From: a virus
Length of the DNA: 64,000 nt
IMG/VR virus record: IMGVR_UViG_3300027969_000063
Location: 32,001 to 96,000 of that record
Reading direction: 5' to 3' (one strand)
In this document: positions 36,128 to 46,032 of the stretch, piece by piece
Layout of the letters: each line of letters opens with the position of its first letter
How positions within the stretch are numbered: the stretch's first letter is position 1
Program-made: the position numbers and the translations under genes
The notes under the pieces: model-generated
Database searches by the model: none
The model's input: the letters and a program-made list of their open reading frames with translations, nothing else
Told to the model about the DNA's origin: nothing

Positions 36128-36645
36128 TATGGCCTTAGATTATAAGGAGGATAGTTAAATGCTGCCGGATCATTAAACTGACCACGTTGATAATGCGCAT
36201 TGTCTTTACGGAATTCAATAACAATCGTGTAAGAACTGTTTGCAATCATACCTCTGGTTTGAATGCCCATATCACCTTTACAATTAGCCGTACCTCTTGC
36301 ATTATTTGGAATTGTAATCCAGTTACCTGCACCGTCATATTCTCCATTACTATTTAAAAACAAACAAGTAATTGCCGTATCTGCATGCCAAAACAATTGA
36401 ACATCACCATCTTTAGGAGAATCATACCAAACACGGTTAACGGCTAAACCATAGTAAGGTAATGCTGTACCGCCGTCACTTAATAAACCAGGTACTGTGT
36501 TTGCATTTAAAGCACCAGACAAGGTGTTTGCTACAATACGAGCGTGATTATCTTCTTGACCTGAACCGTCAAATTTACCCGTTAACTTAATAACAGCATG
36601 TTCTGTTGTGTCTTTTAAGACTTGGTATGTAAATAGGTTTGCCAT
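36127..36645 (-). CDS. conserved hypothetical head-region protein
   Basis: 172-aa ORF within the head operon. Confidence 0.65.
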   Translation of the reverse strand: MANLFTYQVLKDTTEHAVIKLTGKFDGSGQEDNHARIVANTLSGALNANTVPGLLSDGGTALPYYGLAVNRVWYDSPKDGDVQLFWHADTAITCLFLNSNGEYDGAGNWITIPNNARGTANCKGDMGIQTRGMIANSSYTIVIEFRKDNAHYQRGQFNDPAAFNYPPYNLRP

Positions 36646-36648
36646 TTT

Positions 36649-36879
36649 TTATTCCTGTTTAAATTCTTCTGGTAAGGCTATCGCCCATTGCGAAGCGTTA
36701 TACGGTATGCTTATGTATTTATTAATCTTATCTATGTGGTATAGTGCCACTCGCTGGCCGTCACCAAACTGTCTAATTGACATTCTTTTCATCAACATGA
36801 CGGCAGGAGGGTCAGCCGGTAACTTGTCTTTACGGGCTTCATTTATCTGACCAAAACGAACTTCTTTAAGAGTTTTCAC
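36649..36879 (-). CDS. hypothetical head-region protein
   Basis: MKTLKEV N-terminus; DPPAVMLMKRMSIRQF...VALY. Confidence 0.6.
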   Translation of the reverse strand: MKTLKEVRFGQINEARKDKLPADPPAVMLMKRMSIRQFGDGQRVALYHIDKINKYISIPYNASQWAIALPEEFKQE

Positions 36880-37060
36880 CCGTTTCTTCCTCTTCTGATT
36901 CTGTTTCTTCTTCTGGTTGAGCCATCAAACCTTGAGCAATTTCTACCTTTTTTGCTTCAATATGAGCATTTACTTTATCTTGAATGGAAGAATATAGTGA
37001 GTTTCTAAACTCTACACCGTTGTCGTCCATTGCGTAATCGATTATACTTTTAGTTTCCAT
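36866..37060 (-). CDS. prohead core protein (gp67-like)
   Basis: Small acidic ORF immediately after the portal gene. Confidence 0.6.
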   Translation of the reverse strand: METKSIIDYAMDDNGVEFRNSLYSSIQDKVNAHIEAKKVEIAQGLMAQPEEETESEEEETGENS

Positions 37061-37077
37061 TTTTATCTCCAATAAAA

Positions 37078-37085
37078 TATTTATA
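37078..37085 (-). promoter_or_regulatory. late promoter TATAAATA
   Basis: Exact consensus overlapping the portal stop codon. Confidence 0.75.
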
Positions 37086-38763
37086 ATATACGTTTCAATT
37101 TAATTAATGTACCACTTACTTCTTCTTTAGTGGCTTTGGCTTGTGCATCTTGTTGTTGCTGTGCCATGTCCATAGCATGTTGTTGGTCATCCGGATTCTG
37201 TGGTTGACCAGGTACTTGGGACATCATCTGTGCCTGTGCCACATCGTTGGTTACACCAACTGGCAATCCAAGACCATCTTTCTTCTCTTGCTCAATCTCT
37301 TTCTCCATAATCTGAATGTCGTCATCAGTCAAACGGAGAACATTACGTTGAATCCATGCTTGTGAGAAGTACCGACCAGTATACGGATCAACAGAACCCA
37401 ACAACTGTAGACGGTTGGTCATCAGTTCGGCTTCTTTGAGTTCAGAGAAGTTATTGTCTTTAATGAAGTCATAATGGATGTATTCTTTGAATTCATTCCA
37501 CTCCTCATTAGTACAGATACCTTTTAGTACACATTGTACTCGCATTGCTTGGTCAAACAACTCGGAGAACTTACTGCGTAAACGGTCTACAAACTTGGCA
37601 AACTTTAACTCGTCACGGGTAATCTCATTTGAACGACCTAAAGAGAAACCTGAAGTTTCTGGATTCAACCTAGACACAGGTACACATAGTGCCTTGTATA
37701 GTTTCTTTTCAAAATACTTAACATCTTCCAATTCACCTAGGTTTTGACCGCCAGGTAATGTGGTAATTTCTGTACCTTTACCGCCTTCACGGCGAGGTAA
37801 CCAAAAATCTTCTAACATTGAAAGGTGTTTACGGTCATCACGAACTTCACCTGTGGCAGAATCGTATACAAGTTTGTTCTTGTATTTGACCATAATATCA
37901 CGGAGATACTGCTCTGCCTTTAATTTTGGTAGATTACCCACATCAATGTAAAAAATACGGCGTTCAGGAGCACGACTAATTCTGTAAATGACTGTAGCAT
38001 CTTCAATCATCCTTAATTGGTTAAGTGGCTTAATTGCTTTGTGAAGGTAAGATAATACCACGGCACGCCTAGAATCCATTAGACCAGAAACCACCGACAC
38101 AATAGAGTCCACAGTAATACGAACTCCTACTGGTCCAAAGTTGTTGGAACCGCCCGTGGTGACTTTATCGTTGAACAGGTAATACTCATTGATCACCTTC
38201 ATGATTTCAGCACCAGTCCGTTCATCCTTTTGCTTCTTAATTTCACGAACTTTACGCAGTTTTCGTGGGTCGATATAACGGAGTTCTTTGACACCTTGTG
38301 ATGGGTTTTCTCTATCGACAATAATGTGGTAATATAAACGACCATCCACATAGTATCTACGGAAGATATCTTGTCCCATGTTCTTGTAATTAAACAATCT
38401 CAGAACGGTATTAAATTCATCCTTAATAGCAGTTTTGATTTTATCTGGTTGTTTGAGATCATCCAAAATAATTTTAATACTTTGACCATCATCATCTTGG
38501 CAAATGGCTTCATTGATAATATCATCGATGGCCGATTCGATTTCTGGCTGCATGGCCATTTCACGATAACGAGAAATGAGTTCTACTTCATTTTTGGCTG
38601 TACCATCGAGGTCCACATATGTGCCATAGTAGGCCGCAGAGGTAATGGTGAGAGCGCCGTCCTCATTAGCAGGAGGCGTAAAAGATTGTTGCACATCTTG
38701 GACTTCTTCGTCCTTGTTTCGTGCAATTGTAAAACCAAAAAGAGAAAATTTATTAGCCGCCAT
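37081..38763 (-). CDS. gp20: portal protein (gp20)
   Basis: YRISRAPERRIFYIDVGNLP, EDFWLPRREGGKGTEITTLPGG. Confidence 0.98.
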   Translation of the reverse strand: MAANKFSLFGFTIARNKDEEVQDVQQSFTPPANEDGALTITSAAYYGTYVDLDGTAKNEVELISRYREMAMQPEIESAIDDIINEAICQDDDGQSIKIILDDLKQPDKIKTAIKDEFNTVLRLFNYKNMGQDIFRRYYVDGRLYYHIIVDRENPSQGVKELRYIDPRKLRKVREIKKQKDERTGAEIMKVINEYYLFNDKVTTGGSNNFGPVGVRITVDSIVSVVSGLMDSRRAVVLSYLHKAIKPLNQLRMIEDATVIYRISRAPERRIFYIDVGNLPKLKAEQYLRDIMVKYKNKLVYDSATGEVRDDRKHLSMLEDFWLPRREGGKGTEITTLPGGQNLGELEDVKYFEKKLYKALCVPVSRLNPETSGFSLGRSNEITRDELKFAKFVDRLRSKFSELFDQAMRVQCVLKGICTNEEWNEFKEYIHYDFIKDNNFSELKEAELMTNRLQLLGSVDPYTGRYFSQAWIQRNVLRLTDDDIQIMEKEIEQEKKDGLGLPVGVTNDVAQAQMMSQVPGQPQNPDDQQHAMDMAQQQQDAQAKATKEEVSGTLIKLKRIL

Positions 38764-38782
38764 ATTGTGTTATATCCAATTC

Positions 38783-38820
38783 AAAAAAAACATAATGGAG
38801 AGAACCGTAGCTCTCTCCGT
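38783..38820 (-). terminator. probable terminator after the tail tube gene
   Basis: GGAGAGAGC-TACG-GTTCTCTCC, then a T8 run. Confidence 0.55.
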
Positions 38821-38833
38821 AAAATAAAATAAA

Positions 38834-39376
38834 TTAACTTGTTGTAACAGCTTCCCACCATTGGTAGGCAAAGGTTACACCGTATTCTTCAATACTGTCA
38901 TTTGAACTCCAATCTAAATCAATTGGTGCCAAATCAACAGGGAACAAGCCAACAAATTTATAAGATTTGAGAGCTTCGCCTGCTTTGCCGTATTGAGTAA
39001 CGGTTGCGTCTGTGGTGTATCCTAGTGGATTAACAGCTGCACCATTTCTGACGTTACTTGCATGACTGTTGATTGCATTCATCCATGATTCCATAGAATC
39101 TCTGATTACAAAATCTTCATCATTGATAATTTGCAATGTCCAATCGGCGAATGAACGGTTACCAGCAAACTTCAATTCACGACCAAAGTAATAAATTGGG
39201 AATGAATTAACGGTTGAACCAGGTAACTGTGCCGTTTTAGCCATAAACGATGTCTTTTGTGAAGCTGCCACACCGTTTGCTGCGACTGTTGGAAATGTTA
39301 AGGTTACTTGAAATAGATTGGGACGGGCACCGTCACCAATCATATTAGACCTAAATTCCGCTACATTAAATGCCAT
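38834..39376 (-). CDS. gp19: tail tube protein (gp19)
   Basis: GARPNLF, GRELKFAGNRSF, IEEYGVTFAYQWW. Confidence 0.95.
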   Translation of the reverse strand: MAFNVAEFRSNMIGDGARPNLFQVTLTFPTVAANGVAASQKTSFMAKTAQLPGSTVNSFPIYYFGRELKFAGNRSFADWTLQIINDEDFVIRDSMESWMNAINSHASNVRNGAAVNPLGYTTDATVTQYGKAGEALKSYKFVGLFPVDLAPIDLDWSSNDSIEEYGVTFAYQWWEAVTTS

Positions 39377-39405
39377 TTGTATCTCCTATATCGTTGTATT
39401 ATTTA

Positions 39406-41121
39406 TTAGAACTTCCCAACGACTTCAGTAAAATCAACACCAGTTCTTACTGCCACAAAATTCAACTGGATGAAGTTGATAGAACGAGCAGGTTTGATGT
39501 AGATATCACCAACAAATCGGTTTGTATCAATCACTTCACCAGTATTATTTGTAGAATCACAAACAACACGGAAGTCATAGATACCACGGCGACCTTGTAC
39601 ATCTCTTAGGAACGGTGTAACCAAAGCAACAAACTGAGCCCGTGTAAATTCGTCATTGAATTCAAACATGGAATATTTAGCTGCTGAAGCAATAGCCTTT
39701 TCTAATACAATAAACAATCTACGAACATTAATACGATCAAAGGCAGATGGTTTGGATTGTAAAGTCTTGTCACCATACAACACTACGCCTGTACCAGCCA
39801 TTGCAACTACTGGATTAACACCTTTTGCATAAAGTGTATCTCTATCTGTCTTGGTTGGATTGTATGCCAACTTAACAACATTCTTTAGATTACCACGGTT
39901 TAGACCAGCAGGTGAGAACCATGGATCACGAACATTGTCGGTATTAACACATAGTCCAGCAATATCACCGTTTAAAGGAACCCAACGATATGTATTGTTG
40001 TACTTGTCAAACATATACTTCCAACCAGAGTCGGCAACAGTATAAGAAGATGAACGAGCCAACGTAGTATTCCAAGCAACAATATCAGCAGCTTCATCGC
40101 CAGCATTGTTTACAACAGTATCGGAAGGTGGAGAAATAAATGCCACACAATCTTTTCTGTATTCAGCAACATTATCGATGATGTACTGTTGTACGGCCAC
40201 AGCAGCATTACCAGAAATTACCAATGAAATATCTAATGCTTCAGAATTTCTGAATAAACCATATCCAGTTTGAAGATTGCTAGCAGCTGGTTGGCTATCG
40301 GTACCTTTGGTCAATGTGATTGTTTGTGGTGTAGCCACAGTTACATAATTGGTATTGCTTAATGCATTACCCCATGTGGTAGAAGTTGTGCTGTAACTTA
40401 CTGGATCCATAGAATAAACATACTTTGATTGCTTAAACAATACATCTTTGTAGAAATTTGAATTTCCTAAAGAGTCTGTTGAATCTGAACCTTTTGAAAG
40501 GTATGGGAATACTTCTAATACAGTATTTTTTGTACCAGTAAATAGACCTTGTGAGTCCATAACGACAATGTGTATTTCATCATTAGCAGCACCAGCAGAT
40601 GCAGCTTGTACAGAAGTACCTGGAGCGCCAGTAAAGTATGAAGAAACACCCACACCATTAACTGTCCAAGTATTAAAAGTGGCACCAGCATCAATAACTG
40701 AAACTGTTATTGAATTACCTAGAGCACCAGCATACTTAGCGGCAAAAGCACCAGTAGTATTAGCGTTAAGTCTGTTATGTAAATAGGACTCTTCGTAGAT
40801 ATCTTCATTTAAAATTTGGATACTTGTAGCAGTAGTATTTGCAATAGCATTGTATCCGCTATCACCAACCGCACGAACAATTTTTAAATTATTACCATAG
40901 GCCAGAAAACTGGCTGCTGTGAAGAATGATGTATATGTGTTACTATCAGGCTTGCCAAATACTTTTGCTAAAGTAATTTCGCTATCGATAGTTTTTACTA
41001 TATTTGCTGGTCCCCATTGGAAACCTCCAGCAAAAGCACCGGCCGTAGTGAGTACTGAAGGAACGACTGTTGTAAGGTCGACTTCAGAAACGTTTACGCC
41101 TGGAGAGATTTGAAATGCCAT
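39406..41121 (-). CDS. gp18: tail sheath protein (gp18)
   Basis: SPGVNVSEVD, WFSPAGLNRG, FDRINVRRLF, KPARSINFI; CATAAATA at 41173-41180. Confidence 0.97.
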   Translation of the reverse strand: MAFQISPGVNVSEVDLTTVVPSVLTTAGAFAGGFQWGPANIVKTIDSEITLAKVFGKPDSNTYTSFFTAASFLAYGNNLKIVRAVGDSGYNAIANTTATSIQILNEDIYEESYLHNRLNANTTGAFAAKYAGALGNSITVSVIDAGATFNTWTVNGVGVSSYFTGAPGTSVQAASAGAANDEIHIVVMDSQGLFTGTKNTVLEVFPYLSKGSDSTDSLGNSNFYKDVLFKQSKYVYSMDPVSYSTTSTTWGNALSNTNYVTVATPQTITLTKGTDSQPAASNLQTGYGLFRNSEALDISLVISGNAAVAVQQYIIDNVAEYRKDCVAFISPPSDTVVNNAGDEAADIVAWNTTLARSSSYTVADSGWKYMFDKYNNTYRWVPLNGDIAGLCVNTDNVRDPWFSPAGLNRGNLKNVVKLAYNPTKTDRDTLYAKGVNPVVAMAGTGVVLYGDKTLQSKPSAFDRINVRRLFIVLEKAIASAAKYSMFEFNDEFTRAQFVALVTPFLRDVQGRRGIYDFRVVCDSTNNTGEVIDTNRFVGDIYIKPARSINFIQLNFVAVRTGVDFTEVVGKF

Positions 41122-41191
41122 TTGTTATCTCCTTGAATATGATGTTATTTGGCAGTTATGATACCATACAGATATTTATGTAAGGCGGTAT

Positions 41192-42877
41192 TTAGAGATT
41201 CCTAAAAGATTCTCTGACGAAAGATTCATAAACATTGCCTCCGTCTGCTACTTCCCATACATCACCACCAACAACCTCTAGTCCTGGCCGTTCTAAACCA
41301 GTTTCTATGATTGGTGCTGGTAATGTTTCATCATCTAATTGATTCATATTTTCTAACTGAATCTGTTTTCTAATGTCATGGTTGACAATTTCTTTAAAGT
41401 ATTTCTGTGTGGCAGCCCATGCAAAAAGAACTAAAGTCATAGCCATATCATCATTGGCTTCAGCTTCAGCCGCAAAAGATGTCTTGTTGGCCACAAAGGT
41501 GGTTAGTTCAGAAATGGTATCAAAGTCTACAACTTGTAACTTGTCACCCTCAATCAAGGTCTTTAGGTTAGAACAACCAACTCGTTTGACCGCTGTAGAC
41601 ATCTTGACACCCATCTGTACACCACGACCAAATCCACTATGAAGTTGTTGGGGTTTCTTATTACCTGTAAACACTTTCCATAGATTTTCATACTCCAAAT
41701 CTTGGTGAATAATATCGGCTACTTGTGGATTGTTATTAATTTCAACCAAAACATAAGCTTCATTATATAATCTTGCAGCATTGTATATGATGGTTGGAAA
41801 TAAAATTGGTGAAATTGATGAACTCTTATAGGTGGCCACTTGCCGATATGGTGTGATGGATATATCGAATACAGAAAATGCTGAACAGTCCAAGTTACGA
41901 CCTTCTGATACATCCACGGTAATGGCATACAGATGGTCTTTTTTACCATAATCATCACCTTTAATTGGATATTCATAGATTTTCATCATATCGTGTTCAG
42001 TAACAGGATCTTTATAGACCATTGCCTGTAATTTTTGACCAGAAATAAGAGTGTTATTAGAACCTAAAAACTCCGTTTCAAACTCCTGACGGAACTGATG
42101 CTCAGATGTGTTACGAATTGTTTCTTCTTTCCAAGCATCATCTCGACCTGGTACCATAGACCAATGAACTTCAAATGGTGTGTAGTTATTCTTTTTATTA
42201 ATGGCATCTGTCCAAATCTTATAAAACAGATTCATACCATTAGGTGTAGAAACAATAATAATCTTTGTTTTGGTACCAGCAGTAATAACAGGATACACAG
42301 AAGTAAAGAAGTCCGTGGCAATATTGGATGGTACGAAAGCAAACTCGTCTAAGAATACAATGTTAAACGAACCAGAACGAGCCGCTGAAGATGATGTTGA
42401 AGATGCAATGATTACAGAACCGTTTTCTAATTCGACACGACCTTTGTTCCACTCTACAACACCTTGTTGTAACCACATTGGTAAATTCTCATAGGCCAAC
42501 TGTAGTTTACCTAGAATACCACGAGCAGTTTCACCACGGTTAGCAAGAACAGCAACGGTCTGTGAATCTTGAAACAATATGGTCCAGAGAAGATAAGCAA
42601 CTGTTGTGGTGGTTTTACCAACTTGTCGAGGACATTTCATGATTGTAAAACGATTTTGATGGAACGTTTTAATCATGTCCTCTTGAAAATCATACATCTT
42701 AAATGATGTTATACCTTCATCAAGAGTAATAATCTTAATGTATTTGGTAAAATACAAAGGATCTTTAGAACATTTGATATATTCTTGTACTTGTTCTTCC
42801 GTAAAGTTAACCTGAACACCTACCCGTTTCAGTAGGGGGTTATCACGGTACGATTCTTTATTCTTTTTGAGAGCCAT
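41192..42877 (-). CDS. gp17: terminase large subunit (gp17)
   Basis: PRQVGKTT, FLDEFAF, STPNG, DVSEG, NDDMAM. Confidence 0.97.
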   Translation of the reverse strand: MALKKNKESYRDNPLLKRVGVQVNFTEEQVQEYIKCSKDPLYFTKYIKIITLDEGITSFKMYDFQEDMIKTFHQNRFTIMKCPRQVGKTTTTVAYLLWTILFQDSQTVAVLANRGETARGILGKLQLAYENLPMWLQQGVVEWNKGRVELENGSVIIASSTSSSAARSGSFNIVFLDEFAFVPSNIATDFFTSVYPVITAGTKTKIIIVSTPNGMNLFYKIWTDAINKKNNYTPFEVHWSMVPGRDDAWKEETIRNTSEHQFRQEFETEFLGSNNTLISGQKLQAMVYKDPVTEHDMMKIYEYPIKGDDYGKKDHLYAITVDVSEGRNLDCSAFSVFDISITPYRQVATYKSSSISPILFPTIIYNAARLYNEAYVLVEINNNPQVADIIHQDLEYENLWKVFTGNKKPQQLHSGFGRGVQMGVKMSTAVKRVGCSNLKTLIEGDKLQVVDFDTISELTTFVANKTSFAAEAEANDDMAMTLVLFAWAATQKYFKEIVNHDIRKQIQLENMNQLDDETLPAPIIETGLERPGLEVVGGDVWEVADGGNVYESFVRESFRNL

Positions 42878-43286
42878 TATTTTTCAGTAGTTTACTTAGT
42901 TCAGAGGTTGAACCAACAAAAATGGCTTTATCGATATTGGTGTTAGTTGTTTCTCTCTTAACACCATCCATCTCACGCATTTGTTTTTGAATATTTAAAA
43001 GTTCTTTATTGGCATCTACCATATTTTTAAGTATACCACCATACACTTCAAATGCTCTTGGATGTTGACCTGCTTTGGCAACTTGTAATATTTCTTCCAT
43101 GGCTTCTTTACCTTGGTCAATAATACCTTGTAGGTTTTCTTTTGACTGTTGATACGCATCAGACAAATCTTGTTTTAATTCGGGATCATTATCTTTGGTA
43201 GATACCGCAGGAAGTTTTTCTTTCTTTTCCTCTGGCGCAGGCACCACATCAAATATTTCTTCCATTTTTTTATCAAAGTTGTTCAT
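42858..43286 (-). CDS. gp16: terminase small subunit (gp16)
   Basis: QHPRAFEV, AIFVGSTSELSKLL. Confidence 0.92.
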   Translation of the reverse strand: MNNFDKKMEEIFDVVPAPEEKKEKLPAVSTKDNDPELKQDLSDAYQQSKENLQGIIDQGKEAMEEILQVAKAGQHPRAFEVYGGILKNMVDANKELLNIQKQMREMDGVKRETTNTNIDKAIFVGSTSELSKLLKNNGSQKE

Positions 43287-43301
43287 AGTTAGTTTTATTC
43301 A

Positions 43302-44921
43302 TTAAGATAGTTTAACGTAACCCCAATAAACAGTTTGTTCCGATCCGCTGGTGTTATTAATTCCAAAAACAAATACATTGTTTGTTGTGCCTGATACAGT
43401 AGCAGTTGATATTGCACCTACTGTTCCCACAATTTGATCCGGTATACTTGTGATTGTAATTGGACTTCCACCACCTGTATAATTCCAAGCGTATTGATTA
43501 CCTAATACTGGCACATTACTATTGGTAACATGTACGGTAGCAATGTATGATATAATCCCGTTAGGAATATTACCTCTAACCCATAACTGATAAGCGCCAT
43601 TTATTGGAACTGTAATACTGTATGTGCTTGCGCCGGTAGTAACAGTCCAACTACCTGAAGTGAGATTTGCTCCGCTTGCACCTTGAACACCCGTAGCACC
43701 ATTGGTGCCAGAAGGACCGGTTGCACCACTAACACCAGTAGCACCATTAGTACCTGCTGAACCGGTGGCACCATTAATACCTGTACCTGTAGCACCGTTA
43801 GTGCCGGCAGAACCTGTGGCACCAGTAACACCTGAAGCACCCGATACTCCACTAGCACCATTTGTACCATTTGTACCAAAAGGACTTAAATCGGTTACAT
43901 AGATGGCATACTGAGTACCGTTAGTGGCGTATACTGGTAAAACTATAGCATCGTTGGTATTAATTACCCAAGTAGGATGGCCTGGATCGTCACCTAATGA
44001 CACATTAGATTGAGGAGTATTCATTAATTTTGTAACAGTATTGGCAGGATCACCAACAGGTACAAAAGTCCAATTTGTATTTCCAAGACCAATTATTTCA
44101 TTTATGTAAGCATCTACTACTGAGCCATCTTTTCTAACAGTAAAACCATTTCCATAAGAATTAAGATTAAATTCTCCTAGTGCTACTGTATAACTGCCTG
44201 TAAAACTATCTAGTAATAATAAATTACCAGCACCAATAGTACCTTGTGGTCCAGTAGCACCAGAAACACCAGTTGCGCCTTGTGTACCTACACCAGTTGC
44301 ACCATCAATACCTGTAGCACCATTAGTACCCGCTGAGCCTGTGGCGCCATTGGTACCGGCAGAACCTGTAGCACCATCAACACCATTTACTCCACTAGCG
44401 CCATTAGTACCGGCTGAACCTGTGGCACCATTGGTTCCATTTGAACCGGTAGGACCAGTAGCACCATCAATACCTGTAGCACCATTTGAACCAGAGGAAC
44501 CCGTGGCACCATCAATACCTGTAGCACCATTAGTACCTGCTGAACCTGAAGCACCTTGTACGCCTGTAGCACCATTTGTACCGGCTGAACCTGTGGCACC
44601 ATTAGTACCTGCTGAACCTGAAGCACCTTGTACGCCTGTGGCACCGTTGGTACCGGCAGAACCTGTAGCACCAGAAATACCAGTAGCACCTTGGCCACCA
44701 GTAACACCACTAGCGCCTTGAGCACCTGTAGCACCTTGATTACCTTGAATACCAACATGGTCAACATAATATTTTGAAGCCATTGCATGGCCGCCACGGG
44801 TTACACCATCATGGATTGTTATTGTGTGGTTTGTTGAATCGATAATAAATTCACCATTAGCTCCAGTAGTATTAGCAACTACTGTGTTGGCAAATCTTTT
44901 AAATTGTAATGTTCTTGGCAT
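43302..44921 (-). CDS. collagen-like fibre protein with an Mtd-N-like anchoring domain
   Basis: N-terminal LQFKR...GEFIID...IHDGVTRGG; two (Gly-X-Y)n blocks separated by and followed by globular domains. Confidence 0.8.
   Translation of the reverse strand: MPRTLQFKRFANTVVANTTGANGEFIIDSTNHTITIHDGVTRGGHAMASKYYVDHVGIQGNQGATGAQGASGVTGGQGATGISGATGSAGTNGATGVQGASGSAGTNGATGSAGTNGATGVQGASGSAGTNGATGIDGATGSSGSNGATGIDGATGPTGSNGTNGATGSAGTNGASGVNGVDGATGSAGTNGATGSAGTNGATGIDGATGVGTQGATGVSGATGPQGTIGAGNLLLLDSFTGSYTVALGEFNLNSYGNGFTVRKDGSVVDAYINEIIGLGNTNWTFVPVGDPANTVTKLMNTPQSNVSLGDDPGHPTWVINTNDAIVLPVYATNGTQYAIYVTDLSPFGTNGTNGASGVSGASGVTGATGSAGTNGATGTGINGATGSAGTNGATGVSGATGPSGTNGATGVQGASGANLTSGSWTVTTGASTYSITVPINGAYQLWVRGNIPNGIISYIATVHVTNSNVPVLGNQYAWNYTGGGSPITITSIPDQIVGTVGAISTATVSGTTNNVFVFGINNTSGSEQTVYWGYVKLS
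43670..44750 (-). repeat. collagen-coding repeats (GATGSAGTN / GATGIDGAT units) in two blocks, ~43670-43880 and ~44240-44750
   Basis: Recurrent gcaccattagtacc / gaacctgtggcacc units on the + strand. Confidence 0.8.
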
Positions 44922-44922
44922 T

Positions 44923-46032
44923 TTAAGATCCTAAATCTATTTGGTTTTCTAATTCGATATGCAAATCGTCTATACCAAATACGTTTGTGTTTAAATCAAC
45001 AACTAAAGTATTTGATGAAATAACTGTATCATCAATATTTGGTATTTCTGTTGTAGTGGTGGTATATGTATAAGAAGTGTTTACGTTAGCATCAGTTGGA
45101 TTAGTAACAATAACAATCTGTGCTTGTGTTTGTGGTAATACATTGTATGAATCAAATACATAATTGGCATTACTTACATAACCAACAATGGGCGAATCTG
45201 ATATAAAATTACCTTCAATATTGGTTAATTTTAATACGCCATTTTCCCAAGAAAGAACCTTGGCAGTTGCTGTGGCATTGGCATGAGAGTATCCTTGATA
45301 TACCAATTCATCTTTTTTATAATTTTGTTCATAAGAATTTTGGTGATGTGATCTCATATTAAATTCAACAACATCATTTGTAGTAATGTTATTCAATATA
45401 TTTGTAATAGAAGTTCTGATTAAACCACCAACATCAGATACCTTACCAAATACAAATCCTTTAACTGTAAAGTTTAATGTCCAAATAACCATTCTAGTTT
45501 CTACAGTTCTACCATCACCTTCGTATTCTATTTCGTGTGTAGCACTATTTAAAACAATAGGTATTTCTTTTACAATACCCATTTCAGGAATAAGATTTAA
45601 TTTAATAGTGTAATCTGGTGCAAAATATGGAAGTATGTGTTCAATAATTTGTGTACCATCTTCAATGTTTCTTACATAGATGTACAGATTAAAATCAAAA
45701 TTATATGGAACAGGATTGTATTGAGATACAACACCACTAGTTGTTTTGGCAAATGTTTTAATATTTGTATTTTGTTTACGAGTGGCATCGTAAGTCATAT
45801 TAGACATTTCGAATGACATTCTTGGTAAAGTTGTTTGAACTTTTTTATCCAAGTTTGGATCATCCTCTAGACGCCTAACATACATCTCTTTGGTGGCATA
45901 GACAATAGGCACCAACATTCTTTGTTGTTCTGATAAATTTGGATTGTAACGAACCAATGTAATATCTTTAAATAGATTACCAAATCCTATTACTAGTTTT
46001 CGAATGATTCTATTGTATGATGTATTTGCCAT
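44923..46032 (-). CDS. gp15: tail terminator / sheath stabiliser (gp15) with a C-terminal extension
   Basis: FGNLFKDI, LPRMSFEM, PVPYNFDF, QIIEHILPYF, WTLNFTVKG. Confidence 0.93.
   Translation of the reverse strand: MANTSYNRIIRKLVIGFGNLFKDITLVRYNPNLSEQQRMLVPIVYATKEMYVRRLEDDPNLDKKVQTTLPRMSFEMSNMTYDATRKQNTNIKTFAKTTSGVVSQYNPVPYNFDFNLYIYVRNIEDGTQIIEHILPYFAPDYTIKLNLIPEMGIVKEIPIVLNSATHEIEYEGDGRTVETRMVIWTLNFTVKGFVFGKVSDVGGLIRTSITNILNNITTNDVVEFNMRSHHQNSYEQNYKKDELVYQGYSHANATATAKVLSWENGVLKLTNIEGNFISDSPIVGYVSNANYVFDSYNVLPQTQAQIVIVTNPTDANVNTSYTYTTTTTEIPNIDDTVISSNTLVVDLNTNVFGIDDLHIELENQIDLGS

Noticed and set aside
7478-42877. Inteins or group I introns in gp41, gp43, gp46, uvsW, gp17, gp20 or gp23
   Set aside because: All are uninterrupted and of normal length for T4-like phages; no intein terminal motifs noticed.
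43601-44797. Alternative-frame and antisense ORFs over the collagen gene (VLMVLQV..., PVAPLVPAE...)
   Set aside because: Shadow ORFs produced by the Gly-X-Y codon periodicity; no RBS or promoter.
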